NCBI RefSeq assembly: GCF_009914755.1
Contig: NC_060945.1
Source: the human T2T-CHM13v2.0 reference genome, Homo sapiens
Direction: 5' to 3' (one strand)
Length of the DNA: 64,000 nt
Positions 39,900 through 50,722 of this stretch are shown piece after piece (the stretch's first letter is position 1; each line of letters begins with the position of its first letter). The translations under genes and the position numbers were made by a program. A model generated the notes under the pieces. The model had not been told where the DNA came from. It saw only the letters and a list, made by a program, of their open reading frames with translations, and did not search any database.

Positions 39900-42600
39900 T
39901 TTGTTAAACCTACCTGGAGCAGGTGGCAAGATTCTGGGATCGAGAGGCAGGTGGAGGAGTTGGAAGGGTCAATTCCCGTGTTCTGCCTGGGGTAACTGAG
40001 ACTGAATTTGGAGGCCATGTCTGCAGCCCTGGCTGTCCTGAGTGTGCTGCCAAAGCATCCGACTGCATTGCTTTCAGGGCAAAGGTAATTATGTGTTCTG
40101 GAGAAGCCCTACTACTTTTCAGATTGAGCAAATCCTGAACAGGTGCAGCCCTAATCCAAGGCTTTGGGAGGAGCTGCTGGAGACCCAGCTGCGGGTGCTG
40201 GCACGCTTCCAGAGGAAAGCAGGAAGCAAGAAGACTGTTGCGGGAAGAGCCAAAAGTGCAACGTTTCAGTACCAAAAAGATCGTTGGCACAGAAACAATG
40301 AAATGCATGGCCTGGCCTTTTTTGTCTCCCTGCCATCTTGCTGTAAAATGAGGTGGTCCCTGGAAAGCCCAGCACAGGAAAGCTAGATATATAGAGTCTG
40401 TGGATCATCCAGTGATGACGCTGAACATAAAAGCTGGAGATGTGATGTTTCCAAATAATTTATATTTGTTTTAAATTTCCCTCCTTTTCTTATAAATAAC
40501 CCAAATCCAGATACTAGGATAAATGACTGGATCGCATCCCCTTGTCACGGCAGGCTTGCAAAAATATATTAGGAACGAGGGAGGGCAATGTGCACAGAGA
40601 AGACAGACCTGCTCCTGTACCTTGTCATTTGTACTCCAGTGATGAATTTCTAAACTACGTATTTGAGCATGTTAATGAAAAAGAAAAGAGCAAAGGAAAG
40701 AAAAGAGAAGGGGAGAGAGAAAATGACAAAAGAACAGAGGAAAAAAAAACACTAGGCAAAAACCAGAGGAAAATGAGGCAGGAATATTAGGTTGGCTAAC
40801 AAAGTACGTTTTGGTCAACCGGCTTTGGCATAAACGGACTTGGTGCCTGGGAAATAAAGCAGATAGGTGAGTGGGGGGCTGAACCACTCTGGAAGATCTA
40901 GATGTGGTTGGGGAATGAGGAATTGTCAGAGAGAATTAGGGGTATTTATTGCATGGTACCCTAGACTGGGCTCCAGGACTGACCCCTTGCTGAATGAGAA
41001 GCTAGACACACAGGCGTTTTTTAAGATTAAAAGAAAAATGAGAAGAGGGTGACTTGGTGTCTGAACTAAGCTCAACTACTCCTAAAATAGACAAAATAGC
41101 CCAGTGGCGAAAGGTTAATTTGTTGGCCCCCAGACCCTGAAGCAAAGCTTCAGAGGGGGCCCCTTTGATCTTTGCTGGTTACTAAATGAATAGCCTGTAG
41201 TCACCACCTCCTGGGTCCCAGAAACCAAAGACTACTTATTGATCAGTATTGAACAAAATTTGGCAATTGAAATAGTAGCAATATATTATCTGGCTTTGGG
41301 GAGGGGGATGGAAGTCTGAGTATTTTCACTAGGACTAGTATGGATTTTGCAGGTGGTCCCTAATGCTTAGCTCACTAACAATCTCACTCTCCCTTTTCTA
41401 GAGCTCAGACCCTCTCTTTAAATAGCTAACCCTTCAGGCTTACTGAGTATCAGTTACTGATTTGTTGAAGTTAACTACAGTGTGTTTATTTGGGAAGGAG
41501 GTTACTTGAACGTGCCCTTAAATTGCTTTGACTTCCAACTGCAACAAAACACGTCTTGGCTTCTTTGGCTGAGGGGATGATGTGTGTGACAGGGGGCACC
41601 ATCAGTTAACTCCAGTGCCACTGTGAGGCTGAACGTGCAGAAAAAAAATAAGGAGAGAAGGAAAAAAATGGTAAAGGAAAAGCAGTAAGTGAAAAGGAAG
41701 ATAAAAAATAGAAGAGTTGACATGGTGGGGAGAGGTGAAGTGACACCAGTCGCTGCCTGGTGTGACATTTAATGGCATCAGGATCACGGTTACCTTCTCT
41801 GAGGGTAAACCAGAGAGCACTGTGCCACCTCTGGAGTCACAATTACAAAGTGACATCTCTGCAAGGGCCAATTTTGAACAGGAGAAAGCCCTCCCCCAGG
41901 GACGATGAGCCCATGGTAGCGGCAGATAGTGCAAACAAGCACAAATGCCCATCCCCATGGCAGGCATAAGGGGGAGAGGGATCATATTTTAAAGCTCCAT
42001 TAACAAAGAACTTTACTCAAGGAGGAACTGTTAATAAGTAATGAAACAAAGTGCCTGTTATGGAGATTAAATGCTCCTGTGTCGAGGTACAAAGTTCAGG
42101 CTGCAAAGTGCAGCTGTCACCCTGTCTATAACCCCACGGCAGCCTTAGAACCCCTGGTTCAAAGTGTGTCTTGCTGCCTTCCTGTTACTAGGCTGCCTAG
42201 TGCAAGGTCCAGCCAGGGTTCACAGTTCAGCGTCTGAGGCTCTGCTGACTGCCTTCTTTGTTTAACTTGGGCAAGCTTTTGATAAGCCAGGGACTGCTTA
42301 TTTAAGGCGATTATTACAAACAACTGACAGATTATTTTCCCAGATTCTTGCACTTATTCTTCATATGCAAGTTTAAACGAGTCCCAAACTATAATTTCTT
42401 GAGGATTTGTGTGTGTACAAAAGTAATCGAGATAAGGATGTGTGAAAGACTAGGTAAAAAAATCTATTTCTAAGGAATAACTATGCTCCAAGCAGACATA
42501 GAAAACCAAGGTCCTTTGAAGTAAGGACTCGTGAGGGCAATTTCAAGACAGGTCAAAGAATTCTCGTCTCTAATGATCAAAGATCAAATAAATACCAGAT
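39900..42600. promoter_or_regulatory. Repeat-free, motif-rich block; candidate cis-regulatory region
   Basis: No recognisable TE over ~2.7 kb; higher GC and more CpG than the flanks; TCF/LEF, HNF1, FOX, T-box, YY1 and CRE half-site motifs. Confidence 0.4.
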
Positions 42601-42794
42601 TTACCCTTTAAAATCAAGCGAACCCTTTCCTTGTATAACAGTAGATCAGTGTTAATTCATTTCTGAATAGAGTCTCCCTCTGTAATTGTTCTTTTTATTT
42701 GTCTACTAAAAATTCAGAGGGAAACTCACTTTTTTCAAATAGTTTGCTTTGCTCGACCTAATCCTAGCAAAAGCCACAGGAAGGTGGAAAACCG

Positions 42795-42930
42795 ATAATT
42801 AGTATTCCCATTATGCAGATGAGGAAACAGACTCAAAGAGAGTGGCAATTTGCCCAGGGTCTTCGAGTTAGTTAATCTTACAAAACCAAGACCACAATCC
42901 ATCTCTTCAGCCTTTCCTCTCAGCACTTGT
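42795..42930 (-). mobile_element. MIR fragment
   Basis: TATTCCCATTATGCAGATGAGGAAACAGACTCAAAGAG..ATTTGCCCAGGGTC. Confidence 0.85.
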
Positions 42931-43410
42931 TTCAGAAGCCCACTGCTTCCTCTTAAGTCCTGACACCAATTCTATTTGAATGGCAGTAGTTCTTTTTCAT
43001 TTCTCACTTTTATGGAAGTGAACGGAGTCTAAGTAAAACACTAGAGGCAGGCAGTTTGGGAAATGTGATATGAAAAAGCACTCCAGGTAAGGTTTAGGGA
43101 AACAGGGCTTGACTTTGTGATGGCCTCGTGCCAGGCACCTGTTATTCATGCTGCTTCTCCTGGCCACAAGTGCCAAGGGGGCAGGATTTTCAGCTAGTTG
43201 CCCAGTGGGTCGTTCAGGGTGCTGCTCCTTCTGGAGATAGCATAGATTAATATTTTACCTCAGAAAGGAGTATAGCTCATTGGTGATACATGAGTGCCCT
43301 ACGGGCTTAGAATTTAGAATAATACTTGCTTATGACGCATAAAAGCAAACTAAGATTTCCTTGTCTCATATTTTCTCTACATTGGCATAGAGTTGAAAAA
43401 TCATCAGCAG

Positions 43411-43746
43411 TTTTTTTTTTTGTTGTTGCTGTTGTTGTTTCGTTTTTGAGACAGGGTCACGCTATGTTGCCCAGGCTGGAATGTACTGGTGTGATGATGG
43501 TTCACTGCAACCAACCTCAACCTCCCAGGTTCAAGCTGGGCTCAATCGAGCCTCCCACCTCAGCCTTCTGAGTAGCTGGGACTATAGGCGCACACCACTG
43601 TGACTGGCTAATTTTTAATATTTTTTTGTAGAGTACGGGGTCTCACTATGTTGCCCAGCCTGGCCTTGAACTCCTGGACTCAGGTGATCCTCCCGCCTTG
43701 GCCCCCTAAAGTGCTGTGATTATAGGCATGAGCCACCACACCTGGC
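43411..43746 (-). mobile_element. AluJ, full length, with (GTT)n tail
   Basis: GAGACAGGGTCAC..; small internal insertion near 43520-43540. Confidence 0.95.
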
Positions 43747-44034
43747 TGCAGGTTTGACTCCATTGGCAGATACATATTAAGGCCTACAATGTCCCAGATA
43801 TTTACTATTAATTTGTAGATGTTTACATACGTAAATATTTTCATAGTTATTGAGCCCACACTGTATGCCATGAAGAAGGCATAGATAGAAATTCAGATAC
43901 ATCCTACTTCTGTCCTCAAAGAGCTTGAACTGTAGTAGGAAGGAAAATGCAAAAATGTACATAGCAGGTGACAACAAAGAGATACAAGCAAAACACTAAG
44001 AGATAGAAAAAAGCAGTGAGAGTAGGAAGTGAGT

Positions 44035-44250
44035 CTTTATTTACTGAGCACCTACTTAGGGCCAGTCTCAAGAATGAATGTTTGACCTATTTTAGGCTTT
44101 TAATCCACACAACCACAGCAGGGAGTAAATATTATCTCCATTTTACAGATAAGTATATTGAAACTCAGAGGGGTTAAGACACTTGTCCAAAGCCATAGAA
44201 CCTATAATGAACAAAAGTGGGTTTGAACCTATTTCTCCAACTGAGCTTCA
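44035..44250 (-). mobile_element. MIR SINE
   Basis: TATTATCTCCATTTTACAGATAAG..TGAAACTCAGAGGGGTTAAGACACTTGTCCAAAGCCA. Confidence 0.88.
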
Positions 44251-44639
44251 TGTAGACAAGCAGATGTTGGAAAAAGAGTCAGAAAAGAAGAGAAAACAAA
44301 TTATTAGAAAGGAAGGAAGACAATAGAGATTTTATTGTATCCTGAATGGCAAGATAGAAGGGATTCTCTGGGTGATGGTAGGTGTGATAGAAGCATGGGG
44401 GCCAGAAACTAAAAAGTGAGGCCTAGACGGGTGGTGAAGTAGAGGAAGCATGGTGGAAGCTCTGAATGTGAACTCCTAATTCTTTTAATACATGGCAATA
44501 GGGAGAAGGGGTCGAACAAGATGCATTATTAAGGTCATCTTTTATGGGCTCCCTGTTCTTTGGACCCATCTACAAAAAAGACTGTACTTTTCTCATGCTA
44601 TGTATATGTTCTTATATTCTTGGAGGATGGCAGCTATCA

Positions 44640-45200
44640 CCTTACTTAAGACACACCCTAACCTAGATCTCTTGCTACAATCTCTCTCTTCAGATATTGA
44701 TTTGTGTTTCCAGGTGCCCATGCAGTGTGTCCAACTGGTCAATTCAGAGACACCAATATCTGCTCCTGCAAACCTGTTCCTTCCCTACATCCCCTACCTC
44801 AGACCATGTCATCCTACCACTTTAGTCTCCCATGTTATCAACCCTGACATTATCTTTGATGCCTTTCTTACCCCCACTCTGTAAATTCAACACATCTCCA
44901 GTCTTCATAGTTTTAACCCTGAAATGTCTCCAAATACATCACCTCCTCTTAATGCCCCTGCTCATACTATGTATTTTTATACCATAGTCTTATGTCATCG
45001 CATATGTGTAAGAGACATACTTTCATATGAGACTTTGGGTCAAGTCTTCATTATCTCTTGTAGTGATAAAAGCATGGTTGATCTAATCTCTGTCCTTCAC
45101 AGTTATACTCCGCTCTGTCTTTCCATTACTACTGTTACTAGAAATGATTTGTAAAGTGTAAAGCAAGTGGAGTCAAATCTGGCAATGCCTCTCTCTTGCT
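44640..45200 (+). mobile_element. L2 relic
   Basis: AAACCTGTTCCTTCCC..ACCCTGACATTATCTTTGATGCCTTTCT..GGTCAAGTCTTCATTATCTCTTG; accounts for ORF 44492-44884. Confidence 0.7.
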
Positions 45201-45223
45201 TTGAAAACATTAATAAAGGCAGA

Positions 45224-45490
45224 GGCCAGGTTCAGTGGCTCACTCCTATAATCCCAACATTTTGGGAGACGGAGGCAAGAGGACTGTCTAGTCTCTACAA
45301 AAAATTTAAAAATTAGCCAGGTGTGGTGGTGCACACCTGTAGTCCCAGCTATTCAGGAGGCTGAGGCAGGAGGACCTCTTGAGCCCAGTAGTTCAAGGCT
45401 GTAGTGCACTATGATTGCACTTGTGAATAGCCACGATGCTCCATCCTGCACAACTTAGCGAGACTCCATCTCTAAAAAGCAAAAAAACAA
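45224..45490 (+). mobile_element. Archaic Alu: deleted left arm plus FAM/7SL-like right arm
   Basis: Right arm has GCTGTAGTGCACTATGATTGCACTTGTGAATAGCCAC; left arm lacks ~50 bp near 45290. Confidence 0.9.
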
Positions 45491-45519
45491 GCTCTAGTAA
45501 TTCCTATATCTTTACAAAA

Positions 45520-45795
45520 AAAGTTAGCAAACTAGTGACCATAGACCAACATTGGCCCACAGATTTATTTTATTTGGCTGACACAAGTATGGAATCGTTG
45601 TGTTTTAAATTTGTGTTAGTTGTCAATATTTAAAAGTTGAATATTTCACATAAACATTGAGATTTCTGGCTCTGTTGAGAAATCAAGATCAGTCAGCACT
45701 GGGCAGGACTCCCGCAGAGCAGCCACCAGAATTCCATAGCAGCTGCCTGTTACAGAGGGGCATTCCCTCTCCGGTTTAACCCAGTCCTTACAATC
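45520..45795 (+). mobile_element. MER102-like hAT-Charlie relic
   Basis: GGCCCACAGATTTATTTTATTTGGC..TTAGTTGTCAATATTTAAAA..ATTTCACATAAA..GATTTCTGGCT..CACTGGGC. Confidence 0.65.
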
Positions 45796-45804
45796 ATGTC
45801 ATGC

Positions 45805-46570
45805 TATAATGGGATGTGAGTGGCACTTTACCTCCATAATGTTTCTCCCCAAAGCCATAAAACCCTCGTCTAATCATGAGAACAACATTAGAAAAACTCC
45901 AAGTAAGGGGCATTGTACAAAATTCTTACCAGCATCCCTCAAAATTGTCAATGTCCTCAAAAACAAAAAAAGTCTAAGAAACTGCCACAGCCAGGAGGAA
46001 ACTTAGTCAATAAATGTAATGTGGTATCCTGGATGAGATCATGGAACAGAAAAAGGACTCTGGGTAAAAGCTAAGAAACTCCAAGTAAAGTATGGACTTT
46101 ATTTAATAATAATGCATCATTAAGTGTTTATTTATTCATTTATTTTGAGTGAGAGTCTCACTCTGTCACCCAGGCTGGAATGTAGTGGCACAATCTCAGC
46201 TCACTGAAACCTCCACTTCCCAGGCTGAGCAATTCTCCGGTCTCAGCCTCCCGAGTAGCTGGAATTACAGGCACGTACCACCGCGCCTGGCTAATTTTTG
46301 TATTTTTAGCAGAGATGGAGTTTCACCATGTTGGCCAGGCTGGTCTCAAACTCCTGACCTCAAGTGATCTGCCTGCCTTGGTCTCCCAAAATGCTGGGAT
46401 TGCAGATGTGAACTACCTACCATGCCTAGCCTATTTGTTTATTCATTGTAACAAATATACTATGCTACTATAAGACGTTAGGGGAAACTGGATATATAGA
46501 AATTCTCTGTACTATATTCACAACTTTTCTGTACGTCTAAATCATTAAAATGTTATTTTTCAAAATAAAC
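45805..46570 (+). mobile_element. Old L1 (L1MC/MD-like) 3' UTR, split by an Alu
   Basis: TCTAATCATGAGAA..AGTCTAAGAAACTGCCACAG..TAAATGTAATGTGGTATCCTGGATG; resumes ATTGTAACAAATATAC..TCTCTGTACTAT..CAACTTTTCTGTA. Confidence 0.85.
46127..46431 (-). mobile_element. AluS (Sz/Sx-like)
   Basis: Full dimer; TGTTTATT(C)ATT-like flanks. Confidence 0.95.
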
Positions 46571-46658
46571 TAATGGCAAAAGTAAAATGTAGGCAAGCTA
46601 TTTGTTGACCTCTTTCCATTGTTCTAATGCCTTTGTTTCTCTAGTCTGTGTGTTTTAG

Positions 46659-46804
46659 TGACTCAGTGATACTACATAAAGTATTATCTTGCACATATAT
46701 GCACACACACATATCATTTCATATATCAATTATCTTTCTTTCATGTGTATAAGTACATACATACATATATGAAAGATGACACTTTATGTGTTTTCACTGA
46801 GTCA
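46659..46804. repeat. 146-bp imperfect inverted repeat with AP-1 heptamers at both termini
   Basis: Arms match 33/40 ungapped, outer 11 bp perfect (TGACTCAGTGA / TCACTGAGTCA). Confidence 0.85.
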
Positions 46805-47612
46805 TCGTCTGTATAGGTATATATTTGGAGATTACTAAAGAGCCAAACGCTTCTGATACCTAAATGAATAAATTTCTACTGGTAAAAATTTAAGTCGTTG
46901 TCGTATCTGAATGTGGAAGATAACTATGGTTGGAGTAGAAACTTCCTAATCATAACAGCAGCCCTGACTTTTATTAAAACATTGAAAAAGGGAAAAGACA
47001 CATGGAAACAGCTGGTTTTGTAGGATGTTGAAGATCCAAAGCAAGAGATACTGCAATTAATCTGTGAGGAAGGAAAAATATTTCTATGATTCTCACAAAT
47101 GCTCACAAATCACTTTCACTTTATTAATTTTATTTTGTAAATCATTCCCTATGGTCACCTCAAGGGGTGCATTGTTCTTCTCTCATTTTTTTCAAGGTGA
47201 AGAAATTTTGGCTGAAAGAGACTCACTGACTTTCCAGAGGTTATCTAGGGATTCATTAACAGAATAAAAATTAGGCTCCAGCTAATGTCACTAAGCCATT
47301 GCTATCCTCTGCATCTTCTTGCTTCCCTCAATCCAAAGAGGTTCTAAATAAGGAGATAACATAATTACATAACTTTAGGGAAAATGCAAATGAACCAAAT
47401 CTGGAGAAAAGATGAAGATAAATTAATCAGAACGAATGAGATAGCTTAGGATTGCATGGTGTTCAGGAGACAGCAAATTAAATTGCCATTTGTAAGGAAT
47501 AAGATAGGGCAATAAGAAAGGCCAGAGATATTCTGTTCTGTACTCAAAGAGGGATAGCATAACCCGAAGACAAAGTAAGGGCACGGTGCTAGTATTAGGA
47601 TGGTGCCATTAC

Positions 47613-47905
47613 TTTTTTTTTCTTTTTGAGACGGAGTCTCGCTCTGTCGCCCAGGCTGGAGCGCAGTGGCTCGATCTCCGCTCACTAACCTCCGCCTTCC
47701 GGGTTCACGCCGTTCTCCTGCCTCAGCCTCCCGAGTAGCTGGGACTACTGGCGCCCGCCACCACGCCTGGCTAATTTTTGTATTTTTAGTAGAGACGGGG
47801 TTTCACCGTGTTAGCCAGGATGGTCTCGATCTCCTGACCTCATGATCTGCCCACCTCGGCCTCCCAAAGTGCTGGGATTACAGGCATGAGCGACTGTGCC
47901 CGGCC
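47613..47905 (-). mobile_element. AluY, CpG-rich, relatively young
   Basis: Perfect 15-bp TSD GGTGCCATTACTTTT (47602-47616, 47906-47920); Y diagnostics CCGTGTTAGCCAGGATGGTCTCGATCTC. Confidence 0.98.
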
Positions 47906-50516
47906 GGTGCCATTACTTTTAATGGCAAAAACAGCAACTGCTTTTGCAGCAACCTAATAGTAAACGTGCTGAGGCCGCATCTATTCTGGGGGACTCATTT
48001 TGGGGTCCATGAACACAAAACGTGCAGACTTTTTGGAAGAACGCCAAGAAATAACATATGCAGATAATATGTGAAGGACTCGGGCTGCTTTCCTCACTGT
48101 CCGTCAAGTTCTGAAGACAAAATTATGCCAGATGGAATTGGTTTAGCCAGCTGAATAACTCAGGTGGGAGGTCTGTGTAGACATGTTTTGTTCAGTTTTT
48201 GTTGCCTTCAATTTTTGATATGGAAGGTTCTGTTTGGATGGGGATAACCATACATGTGTGTGAAATAAGTGACTTACTGTCTACAAGGTATAGCCCCAAA
48301 ATTTCTATCTTGGACCCACAGTGATATCATTTTCTCTGTGGCCTGATAGTCCCAGCATGAGAGAAGGAACGACTTGGGAATTAAAAAAAAAAAAAAACAA
48401 AAATCACTGCAGAAAGTGTGATTTCCGAAAAGGCATAGGTAAAACTCTCTTTACATTATTGGAGCAAGACCTTCTGGTGCTCTTCCTCAGAGCATCTTCA
48501 CAAGGTTGTTTATGAACGGATCCCACTGACATCCTGGGATTCACAGAAGAGTGCTTGGTGTAAAGAGATGCCATTTGCATTATGCTCGGGTGATCTTTAA
48601 TCAATGTTTTTTTCTATCTGACAGAAGGGGCAATATCCATCTACCTCTAAAGGCAGGCAGAGCTGAGTGATGTCATCATGAACTGATGGCAGTAGGTAGG
48701 AGAAATCTCTCCCAGGCACAGGTGATACCTAAGAAAGTGAGTAAATTCTACTTTTGTAGACAATGGCTGCTGAGTGGAGACAAGGGAAGTTTGTATTGAG
48801 CAGGGTAGGAGAACTGAGAAGAATCTAACTTTACCTACTTTACTCTGCCTTCACCCTGATGACCAGGGAGGTGAGAGCCATGTTTTGCCCTTCTTATCTC
48901 CCCTTCCACCTTTTAGTATCAACATGATCTCCCCTCAAAGCCAATGCCCTCTGAGGGGAATGACTCAGCCCCTACTCTGCTATAACAATATGAACATTTG
49001 TCAATACAATTAATATTCTAAATGGATGGATCCATGCTTTTTCTCTTCCCCTAGCACTGTTGGAATAACAGTATCTGGAAAAAGTAATGTAAACACTCAA
49101 AAGAATGATTTCAAAAAAGAAATACAGAAATTGCCACAATCTAAGACACTTTCATTTCAACCAGAAAGGAGACCAAGGACATTAAAAAAAAATTTGAGGC
49201 TGAATTGAATGATTAAGTCTTGGCAAATGTCTTTTGACACCAAGAAGGATGTGGGGAAAGGGAGTTTTAAAGAAAACTTGCAGTTAGAGAGTCTAGAGTG
49301 AGAATTAGAGGTTCTGGGATGAAAAAGGGCATGAAGGATTTGTCAAAGCCAAAGGATAAATGAGCTGATTTGGGAAGGGAGAGGAAACTCTCTATTTCTT
49401 TCTTTGTTCTTTGCTTTGGGCCTGGAAAGAGGCAGAAACCCATTCTCAAAGAATGTGAATGTAGTTCTTTCATGTTTCTATCACATTTTTTGTCCTTTTT
49501 TTGGATGAACCATTTGAATGCTTACAAAAATCTACTTCTGCATTGCATAACTCAAGACTTGAAACCAAAGATGTCTGGAAGCCAAGAACTCATTTTCTTA
49601 TTTAGGACATGAAAGCCCCAGGTACACAAGATCTTACATTTATGATATGGAGAAAAATCTATAATGCTTATGTTTATTATTTGATTTCTACCATTTCCTA
49701 ATTTTTCAATTTTAATTGACATTGGTATGACTTGACATGGCAAGAACAAGGGACTAAGTATACCAAACTAGCACTTCGTTTAGTATTGATATGTATAACC
49801 ACAGCGGCTGTAATAGCACATTGCCTCAGATTTAGTTGAGAGCTGAAGAAATTCTCTGCAGCCTCAGAACAAGAATTTATTAAATCTTTTTTAGAGGGGT
49901 ATTACCAGACACAAATGTCAAGTCAAGGAACAAAGGGACTAATCCAAATTCACAAAGAATTTGACTGGCTGTGTCTCCTGAACCCGTGACTTCCTCCAGC
50001 ACTTCAGATGTGGCATGAAGCAGGAGGGATTTCCTAACGGTGCAGATGCACTAGAAGCCAGAGGGTCAGGGAGACCTCTTCTCTCACTGGTGCTTGGAAG
50101 ATTTCCATAAGTAACTCCCAGTGCTACTCATGAGAACTACATAAATTAAGCCTTCAGTTCAGGATAGAACCCAGACTTGTAGCTGAGGGCATACTCAGGA
50201 CAAAGTGGCCTCTGAGTATGCTTAGAACTCAGAATTCAAGGGCAGTCAGAAGAAGGCTAGACACATCTTCAAAATGTGTTGGAATCCATTTGTGATAGCT
50301 GTCAATAGCTTTATATAACTAATTTACACAGCTCATGATTAACTAGTAGCTAAAATGTTACAGAAATGCCCTCATAAATATATTTCCAAAATCAATTTGG
50401 GAGCATTGATTATGTCTCGTTTATTGAAAGAATGTAGTGAGTTGTAAGGGTCAAAGGCAAGATGACATTAGTGAGAAAGTGAGTAAGCATTCAAAAAGGA
50501 GGGCAGATATCTAGAA

Positions 50517-50722
50517 CTGGACTGTCCAATAGAGTAGCCACAAGCCACATGTAATAATGTAAATGTAAATGTAAATTAATTAAAATTAAATGACATGTAA
50601 AGTCCGGTCTTTAGTCACACTAGCACATGTCAAGTGTTCAATAGCCACATTTGCAGAGTGCAGAGAAGAACATGTCCATTGTTCCTTTCCTTTTGAAAGT
50701 TCTACCACACTATGCAGATCCA
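50517..50722 (-). mobile_element. MER3 (hAT-Charlie) relic
   Basis: CTGTCCAATAGAGTAGCCACAAGCCACATGT..AATTAAAATTAAAT..CAAGTGTTCAATAGCCACAT..GAAAGTTCTA. Confidence 0.85.

Noticed and set aside
40085-40122. Intron within + strand ORF 40042-40386 (AAG|GTAATT ... TTTTCAG|)
   Set aside because: Only ~38 nt, below the practical minimum for human introns.
40409-40530. C/D-box snoRNA (GTGATGA, CTGA, GTGATG)
   Set aside because: No terminal D box (CTGA) at a suitable distance and no terminal stem.
41095-41170. tRNA-like A-box (TAGCCCAGTGG)
   Set aside because: No B-box (GTTCRA) and no cloverleaf.
41585-41840. CTCF sites (CAGGGGGCAC; CCAGAGGTGGCAC on the minus strand)
   Set aside because: Only the 3' half of the core matches; too weak to call without ChIP data.
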